DNA of 64,000 nucleotides from Clytia hemisphaerica (Eukaryota): NCBI RefSeq assembly GCF_902728285.1, contig NW_027103826.1, positions 244,759 to 308,758 of the forward strand, read 5' to 3'. Shown piece by piece: positions 22,022 to 35,165 of this stretch (position 1 is its first letter; each line of letters starts with the position of its first letter). The notes under the pieces were generated by a model. It saw only the letters and a program-made list of their open reading frames with translations, ran no database searches and was not told where the DNA came from. The position numbers and the translations under genes were made by a program.

Positions 22022-25000
22022 CTAAAAAGAATAATGTAAACTTGAATGTTGAAAAAAAATACAGGATAATTCAAAAGTACGAAAGTACAACCCGCCTACC
22101 AGTAGCATGGGCTAAAATTAGGATTTAACTGGAAAGGCAATTTTCGAAAGTTTGTAATATTTGTTTGTAATCAGCGTTGTGTCCTTTCCTCCCCTCATCT
22201 TTCAGCCATCACACTACTGCCGCCATGTTGACATCAAATTGCTTTTTGACAACCAGTTATAAAAGATCCTAGGATCCCTGAAATTTTTTGTTTGCTGATG
22301 GTGTATAGTCACGGGCGATTTGAAATTCACAATTTGTAAGGTAGATTATGATTGACATCAAATTTGGCTAAATTGTGATGTACCTGACAGAGTTTAGAAT
22401 CACATACAGTAATTGTGTGTGTTTAATTACAGTTGCAGTGTAAATCTAGACAGAGTCAGAGCCCTTATAACAAAAACACTTTAAAGAGGTATAGAGGAGG
22501 AGATACTTCTCAGGTAATTCGGAAAAAAAATTTAAACCTCCTAATTCACTTATTTTGATGACGTCAACACTTTTTCGTAAAAAAAGATTTTATCACCAAG
22601 CATAGGCATATTAAATACCGTAGGAAAGGTAAGGAAATTTAATTCAGAACATCTTTGTTTTGCTTACACAAAGTCGCAAAAATATAAAGAGCCTATAAAA
22701 GCTACGAGTTCATTCAGTCTTTTTTAAATTCAAATCAGCCAAGGAACAATCCCACCAAACTTCAGACTTTTAATTTTTAGTCATAAGAGCTTAAACTAAC
22801 AGTGAAAAAATTAAGATTTAAGATCTTTAATTGGGGCGTAATATTACGAACAAACCTTTTTGAATGTTACTTTTGGTTTTGATTTATCTTCTTTGCTTAA
22901 AACTGAAAATAAAAGAAGTAAAAATTAATAAGAAAACCTTCACTTTTAGAATTGCGGTAAAAATCCACCCATGGAATAGACCCGCGAAAAGGCTGTTTTG
23001 ATAGTTAAATTCTCAAAGAAATGCTTCCAAAAAGCAATGACACCAGGCTTAGATAGAGTCGATATTAGTACGTGGATAGCCCAGTACAGTGTAGTGGCTA
23101 CAAAATAGTAACTCTTACAACAAAGGAGTATTTTTTTGCGAATTAGAGGTAAGTATAACTAGCATTTGTAGTCCCCTAGCATTTTGTAGTCCCTACACTG
23201 TAAACAACGACGTTTAGACATTCTTTTGCAAGCTAACAGGCTCGGTTATCTATGAACTGAAGGTAACATAAGAAGGAGCAGGGGTTTTAACTGGTAACCG
23301 GTAACCAGTAGCCCCTGGCTTGAGACGCTTACTCTTGGGTACCTAATAGCCGGGGGGTTTGGAATAAGCGGGGGGGTTGGAAAAAATCTCAAAACTTAAT
23401 AAGCAGGGGAGTTGGAATAAAAATGTCCTGGGTGGAAAACTTTTGAAAAGGAGGCTAATACAGCAGAATTAGGACAAAAGAGGGAACTTTCAAAAACATT
23501 TTCCCAAAAATTAATAAGCGGGGGGTTGGAACAAGAATGTCCTGGGTGGAAAATTTTCGAAAAATTAATTAGCGGGGGGACGGCTATTAGGTACCCGAGA
23601 GTATGCCTAAGATCACTCGGCAAACAATCCTTAATAAAAGCACTTTCATTATTAGATAAGATTTTTGCACAAGGTGGAGAACCAAAAAAAAGATGATTTT
23701 TTTTCCCCAAACATTTGTTATTTTGTCATCCAAAATAATTTGATATTAAATATTTAGAAAACCCTATAAATTTTTCATTGTTTCATGACTTACTTGTTTG
23801 TAAAGAATATACTCCTGAAAATTGCTTCAAATCCTTTCTTTCTTTCTCTGTACCTAAAATAAAAAATAAAAAAGTTGATTTTTGCATTTCACCTCGCTAC
23901 AGAGGGACGAAACAATTAAATATTGTAAATATATAATTTTCAGTTGGTTGGACGTGGAGGCATCTTTGTCGAAAGACGTTTCTCCTGATATTTTCAAGTA
24001 TCTGCAACAAATTTAATATCTTAAAATGTTGAACCAATCTTTTTTCAATTTCACGAAGATGCACACCAAACACTATTATTACTGCCATCAAAGCAAAAGT
24101 TCCAATCTCAAAATAAATGTCTGAAAAACAAGGACTTGAAATACTTTGCTAACTTAAAAATTTGAAATTGACCCTTTTCTTGTAGTGGACAAGTCACTAT
24201 CTACAAGTTCAAGGGGCAAATCTCAAAATTCTAAATTAGCAAAGTAAAAAAATTCTAAGTCCTCTCAGACACACTTTTGAGATTGGACCTTTTGCTTTGA
24301 TGACAACATTATGTACATCTATCTCATTACCCTAATCCACTTTCTCTCTCATTGGGAAAGAAAATTGAAATCCTGATGGGTCTGATGGGTATGAAAATTA
24401 TTGTTTACAGCTCAAAAAAGCAATGGGGATTGTTTTTGGATTACATTTTTTTATTCTTTTTACAATTGGAATAAGTCATGAGGCATGGATTTTTTTAAAC
24501 AATTTAATTTATTCAATGGGGCAAGGTCTCCACTGAACTTGGTCCATTTTAAACCTTTTCGAGCACTTCAAACTGTAACATTTCATTCATTTGAACAAAA
24601 GTTTTAATCTAGAGAGCCAAATTCATTAAATGACCCATTATAAAATTTAAGTTTCTGTTCTTCTCTAAGCAAAAGATTCACTGCTTTAGGAATAGAGTTT
24701 GTGAAAATTATGTTCAAAGAAAGACTACTTCAATAGTGCACACGGTGGTTTGATGAAAAGATACCTTTAGACTTGTTGTTTTGAATGGAATTATATTTCG
24801 ATTTTGATTCTTCTTCTTCTTCATCACTGAAACTATATATTTCTTCATGTCCATAAAACTCATCAAAATGAGTGGAGAGGTTTGCAATTCTTTCGTTCAA
24901 CTCATCAATAGTACTGATATGGTGAGGTCCTAGAAATTCAATAATAAGGCTTTGCTCACATGCCTTGGTTCTGCTTTGCTTTGAAGTGCATCAACGCCAT

Positions 25001-25522
25001 TCTATTCAGCTATTGGTTAAATTCAACCTTTATGTCACTTCTTTTGTTTGAAGCGAACTCCAGAACCGTTACCTGCAAGGATGGTCTAAATCATGATTCA
25101 AGTTTTGGATTCAAAGTGATAAAGTTTGGTTTACAATTCTGCTTGTTTCTAATAAAAAGAAACTGATCCGGTATCAGGTTATTCTGTAGCAAAGGTTATG
25201 TAATGTTTTTGGAGTCATGACATAATGTTTTCATTGCTAATTCAAAACCTTCAGTATAAATTGTGATAACACCACATTTCAATGGACCTTTTACTCGGCA
25301 CTATGTCATGTTGAATAATTTAAAACTCCAACATCATAACGATTACACATGAAGCATGTAGCGTAACTATTACTTATTAACTAAACATATTCTTTTTATT
25401 GTTTTGATGTTGAAATTTTTAATTATCCAACATGACATCATGCCTAGCAAAAGGTCTATTCAACAAGTTCGATCGATTGGGGTTTGAACCCCAGGGGGGA
25501 CTTCAAATTGAGGGTATGAGTA

Positions 25523-25960
25523 TGTCCAGACGATCTCAATCGAACGCAATCGACCAATTGAAATTTGATTGTCGAACACAATCGAATCTCAATAGAATAT
25601 TACCGCAATTTTCAGATTTGATTGATATATATTCGATTGCGTTTGATTCATGTTCGATTGCGTTTGATTGCGTTCGGATTGTTCATCGCATAATTTCTAC
25701 GGGAAATCGATTTCATTCAGCTTGTGATGTTTGAGAGCTTGGATGTTGGGAAGCTGCAAGAATAAAGCCAGACAATTTCAATCAAACGGAATCAACGATC
25801 GAACCAGTCGAACAACAATCAAACCAATCGAATATTACCCAGAATTTTGACGTTCGATTGAGATTCGATTGCGTTCAACAATCGAATTTCAATCGGTCGA
25901 TTGCGTTCGATTAGGTTCGATTGGTTTTATCGTCGATTCTGTTCGATTGAGATCGTCTGG
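25523..25960. mobile_element. TIR element rich in CGATTG/CAATCG motifs
   Basis: 25523-25555, gtccagacgatctcaatcgaacgcaatcgacc, is the reverse complement of about 25925-25960. Related CAATCGAA-rich repeats are at 28200-28330 and 28600-28800. Confidence 0.45.
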
Positions 25961-27089
25961 GTATGTGCTGTGCCTTTAAGGGTACCTTTTTTGGACTTTT
26001 GGAAAAATCAAAAATATGATGTGGGCGGGTGAGAGGAGGACCCTGCCGATGCACCGGACTGTCCGGTGTTGCATAGAGGGAATTTTAAACGCCGGACATT
26101 TATGAAACAAAAAATTAAGAAACACCGGACGCACCGGACACGGTGGGAAAAAATATCCTTCTCCGACACCGGACATCGGTGTAGAAATTGTCCGGTGGTA
26201 AAAAAAATTCTCATTTTACACCGGACTTTCGCGTGTCCGGTGTTCGTTAAGTCCGGTGCGTCGGCAGGGTCCTGTGAGAAGCAAACAGAACAATATTTTG
26301 ATATAGCCCCCTTACAGTAAAAATTTGCTGTTTTTAGGGTAAGAGTGAGAGTGATATTGCACTGTTAAAAAGGATTTCGCAGACTGTTTTAATCATTTAA
26401 CAAGCAAATGACAAAGAAAAACCTCTTGATCAACTATCACCTCTGCCGCTATCTGCTGGATTACTATGCACAAGATCGTCTAGTTGTGTAAACTCTGACA
26501 AGCTGTTTCGAAGATATATTTCTTCTGGTTCGTTGAGTTTAGTTTCCAAAGCTTCAGTTGGCTTGTTTGTCATTTTTTCTAGTGTATCTGGTGTCTGGCC
26601 CTCCTAGTGCCTGATCATGCTGTTTTTGCTCCACCACTTTGTTTTGATTATTTTCCAAGAATTTTAAAATACCTCGGTTCGAGACTTCTCGCCTTGTAAG
26701 GATGGCTGAAAAACAGTCTTTCTCAGCACTTCTTACACAAGCGAACAGTTTTTAAACCATCCTTGGTTGAGATCTCATTCATTCAAGATGGCAGCCCGTT
26801 GGAGACCGGGTAAACAACTTTTGATCTTTCCTTCTGCGATTACTCTTTCATTTTTTATGGCTTGTTTTCAATGAGTTTGAACATTTTCTTCATTCCTCAT
26901 TAGTATTTCCGAATCTAGTAATCTTTTTCCTTCATAAATTTCCTAAAATTATCTTTAGCTAGTACAAACTTTAGACCAGAAAAAGTTTGATTGATAAACT
27001 TTGCTGAACCACCAGCACCAGGCAGTGCCAGGCAGGGGATGTCAATATCGAATTTTTTGATTGCCGAATCAATTGAAGTTGATCAAATC

Positions 27090-27440
27090 TAATCGGATGA
27101 TTAAGCTTTGATTACTTTAATGGGATAAATTTTCGCGGGGATTAATTTTCGCGGATTTCGCGGATTTGGGTGTCATCCGCGAAAATAAGTCCCATTGGAA
27201 ATTTGAAAAAGGCCCATCCGCGAAATATTTCTAAACAAAATTCAAAATATGTCAAATAAATACTATTTGAATGGTTACTTGCATCAAAGAAACGCAAATA
27301 ATGTGTATTTCAACAACCAATATGCATGATTTGACAGTAAAAGTCACTAAATCGAGAAAATAATGCCCCCAATAGTGCCATCCGCGAAAATTAATCCCCG
27401 CGAAAATTTATCCCATTAAAGTAGTCGAATCAATCAAACA
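27090..27440. mobile_element. MITE with TIR TAATGGGATAAATTTTCGCGGGGATTAATTTTCGCGGA, nested inside a larger inverted-repeat structure
   Basis: 27120-27160 is the reverse complement of 27385-27425. The outer inverted repeats are at 27470-27560 and 28140-28215, with a partial third copy at 28400-28440. Confidence 0.5.
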
Positions 27441-30400
27441 CCAATCGAAGTTACGTTTTTTTCATGCTTGGTTGGATTCAATTGGTATCGATAGACCTTT
27501 TTGCCTTTCCCCATCCGCCATCTTGAATTGTATGCAAAAATTGAGGAACGAAAAAGCCGTGGTTGGATTTATTTGGAAAGTATGCAAAACATATGCAAGT
27601 TTACACAAAGATTAAAAAGACAACAAAGCATCTTATTATAAATAAATACCTATTATAATCATCCTTAGAACAATAAAATATGGAATTTCTTAATCCAAAA
27701 AGAAATATTCAAAGAACAACAAAAGCCTTTTAGAAATTTCTTCTTAAAGACATAGCATATTCTGTTTTCATGCCATTAAGAAATTCCACGAAGACGGAGT
27801 ACACACATCAAACTTTTAAAACATGCAAACTGAAAAGCAGTAATTATGACGTCACACATTATCAATGTTTTGATTTGATCATTTGGCGGCCCTATTCCCA
27901 GGAGAATAATTTACCGTCAGCCGAATAAGGATTATTTTTTACCTTCGCTGATGATTTTTCAGTATGAGTTTATGTCTAATGTTATTGATTTTTTGTTCTA
28001 AGAGATGAGCGAATATAATTATTTTTAGTTTTCAAGAGAAGCAAATTTAATCTTTCTTCTACAAGATTACACTTTAATATAATGCCATTATGCATGTAAG
28101 TTTTATATTAATACTTTCGTTTTGCATATGTTTTGCATACTTTCTAAGGGAATTTCACCACGGCAATTCGGCCACCATGATTTTTGCATACAATTCAATA
28201 TGGCGGATGGAAAGGCGAAAAGGTCTATTGGATTCGATTGATGTTTGATTACTTAGATTACACTTCGATTGCAGTTCGATTGAGCTTCGATTATACTTAA
28301 ATTGGCCAAAGAAGCTTCTTTTCGCAAATCTTTTCAAAGGCTGAAAGGGTTAGCACGCAACGAAAATACATTACTACTACCGTCAAGTGCTCCAACTTGG
28401 GACTATCTGACAAAAACATGGGACGGCAATTCGGCCACCATTTCACCGAACCTCCAAAGTCATTTGATTTGAGTTAACGAACTGCATATTAAAAATTACA
28501 CGATTTCTCTTTCGATTTTACAGTAAGTGAAAATACAGACCAGATATGCAACAGTCCCATGTTTCTTCCGATCGCCCCAAGTTAGAGCAGTTGACGGTAC
28601 TAATTTAATGATCGAAGTCAATTGTACAACGATCGAAGTCAATTGACTTTACATCTTTTTTACTTTAATCACGATTCAATTGACGTTCGATCAATTTGAC
28701 CAATCGAATACCATTAATTCGATTGTCTTTAATTACTTTGCCAAATTCGATTGACAATCGAAGTTTGATTTGGTTCAATTGACATCCCCTGGATTGAATT
28801 ATCAAAACAAACTTATTGTCAAAGAGATTTAAACAGTAAGTGAAAATACAGTCCAGAAATCAAATGATCCCAAGATTTGACCAATTGTCCCAAGTTAAAG
28901 CAGTTAACGGTATTCATCAATTGACTTTCAAATGATCGATTGAGCCAAAAACAAAAAACCTATTGTTGAAAAAATTACAAAAATGTTGCTTTCGGGACCT
29001 TTTTTCAAAGAGGCCACCCTGTTGAATAATTATGTAGTCCAGCAGAAAAACAATGATAAAACCATGCATAATTATTACAATATGCATGATACAGTAATTA
29101 TACATGGCTCTATCATTGTTTTTATGGCTGGACTACATACTTATTCAACAGTATATATATAAAATAACCCTCTGGAGGGTTTGCTTTGAAAAATGGCATA
29201 AGGTCAGCCCAGGTCTAGGTCCCAGGCAAAGAAATTGGTCCCCCCAAAGATTTAAAAGTTTTTTAAGCAGCCCCAAGTCCTGTACCTAGTATAAAATATT
29301 TGTTGATTTGATATCGTTTTTAGGAAAATCACATCTCTATTATTGTGCCATTATCAAAATCTGTAAAAGGGCCTTTTATTTTGTGGGTGAAAATGACTAA
29401 AATGCAAAGTAGTATGTGATAAGTATATAGCTTTAAAAATAACGCAAGTGTAGCGAGCACAAAAGTCCTGGGGTGTTTTCTCTATTTTTTGGCCAAAAAC
29501 CGTCATATGGTGCCCCTTTGAAAAACCTCCGCTCAGGGGCATTTGCCTCCATGCCACCACACTACTGTATAACATTTTATTCAAGATGTTAGACACAAGT
29601 GAAAACAAACAGAATTAATAGACTGTAAAATGAAAGATTTTTGGATAAAAATGTGGTGATATAAAGAAAACTATAGAAGAAATACTAAGCCCCAGTTTTG
29701 CCATTGAAATTCCACCCCCAAACATATCAGGTCCCCCCAAATATTTGGCTGTATTTTAGCTCCCAGTTTTCATTAACTCCCCCCCTAAAAAAAAGTCAGG
29801 GGTGGTTGACGCTATGAATGGTGAGCATGTAAACATTTTAATGGGATTCATTGAACCATTCTAATAAAATTAGTCCTTTTTCTTTTGTCTAAACTTTTAC
29901 GAGTGCCTCTCTCATTGGCTTATCAAACAAAAATTGATTTATGAATTGGGAAACCTGTGGAACTTTTATTTAACAATTATTTGAAAAACACGCCTGAGAA
30001 AAAAACAAAGATCTTGCCATAAGCTGAAGAGAGGAAATATATAAAGTTTTTTATTTTCAAATTGACTGAGTCAGATTTTTGCATCTCGCGCAAATAAGCA
30101 AAAGTTACCCACAACTTTTTCATATTCCAGACATCAAAACCTGTCTAAAGTTTTTCATGGGTCACTTAGTATTTTCTAACAAAAATTATTCATTTACATT
30201 TATCTTCTTGGTTGGGATTTCCAAAATTGCTATAAATTGCAATTGGATTTTATGAGATAACGTTACACAAAAGTGCTATATAGAAAAGCCTTGATAAATA
30301 CACATGCTTACCTAGGGAAAAATCAAAATACAATAGCTGCATTCTTTTTCACTGTTCAACATATACATGCTTACTTTTCACAGGAAATGATTTATTAAAT

Positions 30401-30585
30401 CAGAACTATTGAAAGTGGAACCTTGAATGTGAAGTTAAGTAACCTAAGGAGTTATTTTCAATTACAATAACCTACTTGTGAACCTCAATTTGAAATTCTT
30501 GTGGCAAAATATTGTTGCAAACAACCTGTGTCTGAAAATGATTCAATAAGCTTTAAAGTGAAAATATCAAATGTTTCTTTCAGTT

Positions 30586-30600
30586 GCTTATATAAATTTT
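30586..30600 (+). promoter_or_regulatory. Candidate TATA box (TATATAAA) about 40 nt upstream of the CCDC gene ATG
   Basis: Sequence motif only. It implies a very short 5' UTR. Confidence 0.2.
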
Positions 30601-30635
30601 CATGTCAAGGAAAAAATAATGTATTAAACGAAATA

Positions 30636-30786
30636 ATGTCAGAGAAAGACGAAGACACACCGCAAGAGGTAACTCTTGATGATGCTCCTGCTGCTATTGA
30701 TCCACCAATCAATGAAGAGCAGCAACCTGATGAAGGTGTGAATGAGGATCAGAAGGATGAATCTGCACCACATAATGAGTCAAATG
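30636..30786 (+). CDS. CCDC113/CCDC96-family (DUF4201) coiled-coil ciliary protein, exon 1 (MSEKDEDTPQEV...HNESN + g).
   Basis: ATG at 30636 with a TATATAAA about 40 nt upstream. Donor g|gtaaaa. Acidic, low-complexity N-terminus. The whole 15-exon model sums to 1515 nt, which is 504 codons plus stop, and all intron phases are consistent. Confidence 0.55.
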
Positions 30787-31095
30787 GTAAAAAAGATTTT
30801 TCATATGTTTTAATATTTTCTGCACCAACACATATATAAGAACATCTTTAAAATTTTTGAAGCTTCAATGTTCTTAACTTCTTGAGTTTTAGGCCTAAAA
30901 AAATGTGTTCTTAACATATTCTTATTTCACTGTTTTTTGAGTATTATTTTGATCTGATTTTCTATGAAATTGGGTGTTTTAGAATCCGCAAAGCCTTATA
31001 AAATGTTCTTATCTTGTTTTTATTAAATTTTGGCCAACAAAATTTAAGAATTATCTGAAGGCTTTAAAGATTTTGAATGTTCTTTCTTTTATAAG

Positions 31096-31250
31096 AGAAA
31101 CAGCAAGAAGATGGTCAGCAACAACAAGATGGTCAACAACAACAAGATGGCCAACAGCAACAAGATGGTCAGCAACAACAACAACAACAGGTTGAATTGA
31201 AAGAAACTGTGTCTGAGGGAAATGTTGAACAACAAGGAGGAGATCCATCG
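31096..31250 (+). CDS. CCDC113/96-like, exon 2 (EKQQEDG(QQQQDG)x3 QQQQQQQVELKETVSEGNVEQQGGDPS).
   Basis: Acceptor ttttataag|, lying inside the terminus of a MITE. Donor tcg|gtttgt. Contains a 15-nt imperfect coding repeat. Confidence 0.5.
31099..31190 (+). repeat. 15-nt coding repeat (CAACAACAAGATGGT)n encoding (QQQDG)n in CCDC exon 2
   Basis: About five imperfect copies. Confidence 0.7.
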
Positions 31251-31496
31251 GTTTGTAATAATTTGATACATGTTTTTTTATATAAGAAAAAACCAATTAA
31301 GAACATTGAGGCTTTGATGACCAAGAACATCTTAAGACTTTATGGACCCAATCCCAATTTTTTAGGGAATCGCTCAAATAAAAACATAGTAGTATTATTA
31401 AAAATTAAATCAATTAAAAGAATTAGCTGCTTAATTTGACCTGAACGGAATCGTTTTTTCAAGTTTTCACCATTGTTTTCTGTTTTCTTTGTTTAG

Positions 31497-31647
31497 ATAA
31501 CTGAGCCACTTGTTGAGAAGAGAGAAGAGGAGCGACAAGAAAGTCAGGGAGAAGCTTCTCATGATATTGAAATCCTTGAAACGCCAACAACACCGCCCCC
31601 ACCACCCAAACATTTAGAGAATGATATCATTATTGAAGTTGACGAAG
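31497..31647 (+). CDS. CCDC113/96-like, exon 3 (ITEPLVEKREEERQESQGEASHDIEILETPTTPPPPPKHLENDIIIEVDE + g).
   Basis: Acceptor tttgtttag| and donor g|gtattg. Confidence 0.55.
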
Positions 31648-32209
31648 GTATTGTAATTATAATACTAAGAAATATTAATTTAATCTGAGTAATTATTATT
31701 TTTATCTCTGAAAATCATTTATGTTTGTTATTTATTTGCAAACAATTTAAAAAGCACAGCTTAAAGCTGCCCGAACTAATCTCCGAGCAGATTCTGATAC
31801 TCCGTGCATTACCCGTATTCACTTAAAGGTCATTCATGATTCCGCGAGAGAATCTGTCCAGGTTAGCGCACAGTTGTGTTTTTTTATTCCCAATTTGCTT
31901 TCGAGGGCGCTGATTGGTTAATGCAAAACAATCGCACCAAAATCAAAAGCCAATCACAAACATAAAGATTTGAACCCTTTCACTTTTACATTCGTTTTCA
32001 AACAAAAAGCAGCGCTCTTTTGAATGTTTTTGCTGAACAACAAGGTCAAATCATCACACTCGCCATATCCCTTTAGAGCATAGCGTGGTATGCGCAGAAT
32101 GGATGATCTGTTATGAGATTAGAGCCCAAGAGAAAACACTGTTTGTTCCACTTTTTGAACATTTGATTGACATTTAACTGATCTTATTATTCTTTCGTTT
32201 CCTTTTCAG

Positions 32210-32319
32210 AAGAACAAAGTCATAGCTTAGATAGTGGTGATAATTTGGATGAAGAATTGGAGGATGAAGAGACTGGCAGTCTAGTCTTTGATCGTGAACA
32301 GTTGCTACAACAATACAAG
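32210..32319 (+). CDS. CCDC113/96-like, exon 4 (EEQSHSLDSGDNLDEELEDEETGSLVFDREQLLQQYK).
   Basis: Acceptor ccttttcag| and donor aag|gtttgt. Confidence 0.6.
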
Positions 32320-34059
32320 GTTTGTATTTAATGCTTTTATGCAGTGATAAAGGTTCTTCCATCTCAGACGAGTGGTTAACGAGGGCTATTCTGAGAAATA
32401 ATGCCCAAGGTCAAGTAGCGACCGAGCTTACGAGATTGATCGATCGTTGCAGTTTAAGCACGTTGTCATGCGAAAAGAAATAATTGTATCGCACAAAAAG
32501 CATGTAGCCCGATTGGAGAAAGGGACCGGTTACTCGATAACAAAAGTAGCATTTATTTTGAAGCACCTAGAAGGATACATTTTACCTCTCTCTTTATGGA
32601 ATCTTAGAACATGTGACCCTGTGAATTGATGATTTTTGAAGTTGGCCGTTTTAATAGAGAATAAAAAACTTAATAAGCTTCTAATGGGCAAACTACACTC
32701 CGTCAAATACTTGATTGGTTATATAAACGTTATGTTATAAGATAACAGATTGCTCATCTATCATTTTCACGAGGTAAATCAATGAATTTTCAAAATCGAA
32801 ATAAAATCATCAAGATCCAGGAGGTTCAATTTATTTTTAAAGGTACTGACGAAATTTGTAAACAAACCGTATGCAGCGGGTACAAAATCAAAACAAAATG
32901 TCACATATGTCAAAATAAATAATCAAAACAAATATGGCTGATTTTTGATTGTTTCAATTGTTTCACAAGTTTGTTTTGGACATGATTTTAATTGTTCTCT
33001 TTAATGACACGTGGTCCACGCAATGTTTACTACTTTTATGTCCCTTTAAGTGCATGTATCCAGAGACATTGAATCTTTTCATAGAATCTATCAATCCGTC
33101 ACCTTTTGGTTTAAGAAATTTTAAACTTTTAACCCTTTGTATGAATGAATAAAAATGTTGGAAATGAAAAACCTTTTGAATGGATCATCAGATGGTTTGA
33201 AAAAAAAACTGGAGGCTGCTCTCAGCACGCTCTCAGCACCCGTGCTATATATTTTGGTACGAATTCATCGGATCTTGTCAACTGGTTCCACGAATTTGTT
33301 AGCTTTTTCAGTTTTGCTCGAAAGGGTCATCTAAAAACCTTTAAGCTTGATACTCTCATTTTTATTAAAAATTGCGTTTAAATTAAATGAGTTTAAGTGC
33401 GCCTCAGTGCCAACTACTGTCTCCAGCTTTAAAAATACAAAGCGTCTCAGTGCCACTTTATTGATAAACAAATTTAAGCGCGTTTACATGCACTGATGTT
33501 CGCGTAAACGCACTTGGGCACAATTCTTTACACAAGTGAGTTTAACTTATTCATAACATTGGGCTTTTCCAGGACAAATTGAATATGGAAGATATTACAA
33601 TTTTTAGATATTTACCCCTCCCCGGACATTTGTGACTTTTGGCTCCCGGGCAGCAGGTCTAACCCCTGGGACAAGCATCAGTTGACCACCTGAATATTCA
33701 AAATTACCCTCAAACAGAGAAAGTATACCCCCCTGGACTTAGATTTCTCACTATCCCCCCGGATACTTTATCCTTCACCCCCCATGTATGAAAATTTTCT
33801 GGCAAAGACCATTAACTAGGAAAATTTATCGATATTTTTAAAAGAAATTTTTCTTCTAGCAGATCCTAGTGATGTTAATAGACGATATCGATTAAATCAA
33901 GTTAAAGACCCCTCGAAAGGCATCTGTGCCAAATTTTGTACTCTGGTCACTATTTGTACTAGGGATTCTAATAACAACCGGAGGAGGAGAAAGAGCGATG
34001 GCTGGGCTATCCACGTAAAATATCGACTCTATGTTCATTTTCATTTTTGGTAATTTCAG

Positions 34060-34143
34060 GAAGCATTAGAGGAACGGTCAAGAATACAAGCACTCAATGA
34101 ACAGTATCAACATAAATTGGCTGAATATTTCAAAAAGAAGAAG
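34060..34143 (+). CDS. CCDC113/96-like, exon 5 (EALEERSRIQALNEQYQHKLAEYFKKKK).
   Basis: Acceptor taatttcag| and donor aag|gtatgt. Confidence 0.65.
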
Positions 34144-34264
34144 GTATGTGTAGTATAATGTTCTTTTTATCAATTATTTTTCACGAGTTCTAAATTGAAG
34201 TAGATTTAATTTATCTCTTACCATTTGCTAACACGGCATAGTAGTGTTAGCAAATGGTAAGAGA

Positions 34265-34640
34265 TAGTGGTAGTAGTAGTGTAGTGGTTATCAACCTTGA
34301 TTCCCGTCTGGGAGGTCGGGGTTCAATTCTCACTCGGTGCTATGATTTACTTGGCAAGTGAACGTACCTTCGCCTGGGTCGACCCATGCCTTGTGAGGGG
34401 AACTGGGTACCATCACTCTGACAAAAGAGTATGGGGCTATGTCGGGCATTGCATGTGGTGTGGTGACGATACTCATAGGTTCAACACCTGCGAAGATGTA
34501 TGTCTTCCCGTGTAGTTCGAGTATCATCGTCTTTACACCAATAACTCTGTCGTGTCGTCGAGCGCAAGGTTAGCAGTGTCTGGTAAGCGTGGTAATTTCC
34601 CTATCCTAGGGTAGGTATCTATCCAGGGATAGGGCCCATT
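34265..34640 (+). mobile_element. tRNA-derived SINE-like element in intron 5 of the CCDC gene
   Basis: It has an A box (TGTAGTGGTTATCA) and a B box (GGTTCAATTCT), followed by a roughly 300-bp body. Just upstream, at 34201-34259, is a perfect 20-bp-arm palindrome. Confidence 0.4.
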
Positions 34641-35095
34641 CTGGATGATTCGGAGGGTTAACTTCTTCTCTTATTGAAGAAAGTTTGTTTTAGGGGGCTG
34701 CCTCTTTGATTGAGCTCCTTTCTTTTAATTTCGCGAGAATTAAATTTCGCGGAATTACAATTTTTAAAAAGGTTCGAAACCTTGAAGTAAAATCTTTCCA
34801 GGAAAACGAAGAAACTCTTTTTTTAATAGAATAATGATTCGCGAAATTTAATCCCCTCGAAAATTTATTCCAGCCTGTTCCAGCGTAAAGTAATTATTTG
34901 TTAATGGATTTTGTTACTCTTTTTGCAACTTCTATAGATATCCCCGTAGGCATTTATCATGTTTTTCCATAGAATTTTTATCTAGTTACCTGACGATCGC
35001 TTAAGCATGCGGCAGCCTGGTTGGTAGTATGTATATTTTTGAAGAAAATAAATTTTGAAATTTTGATATTTGTTATTCATTATCTTTTACTTTAG

Positions 35096-35165
35096 ACTGA
35101 CGAGCGTGCCCAAGAAATTGAAAAGAACGTCACCGATCAAGAGCAACGATATTTGAAATACATGT
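35096..35165 (+). CDS. CCDC113/96-like, exon 6 (TDERAQEIEKNVTDQEQRYLKYM + t).
   Basis: Acceptor ctttag|. The donor t|gtaggc is weak. Its position was chosen to keep the frame with exon 7. Confidence 0.45.

Noticed and set aside
31051-31296. Minus-strand ORFs of 81 and 60 aa across the (QQQDG)n repeat
   Set aside because: They are antisense frames of CCDC exon 2, and the plus-strand exon is supported by splice sites and homology.
34270-34335. tRNA-like A-box/B-box segment
   Set aside because: No cloverleaf with a 7-bp acceptor stem can be drawn. It is contiguous with a roughly 300-bp SINE-like body, so I treated it as a SINE head.
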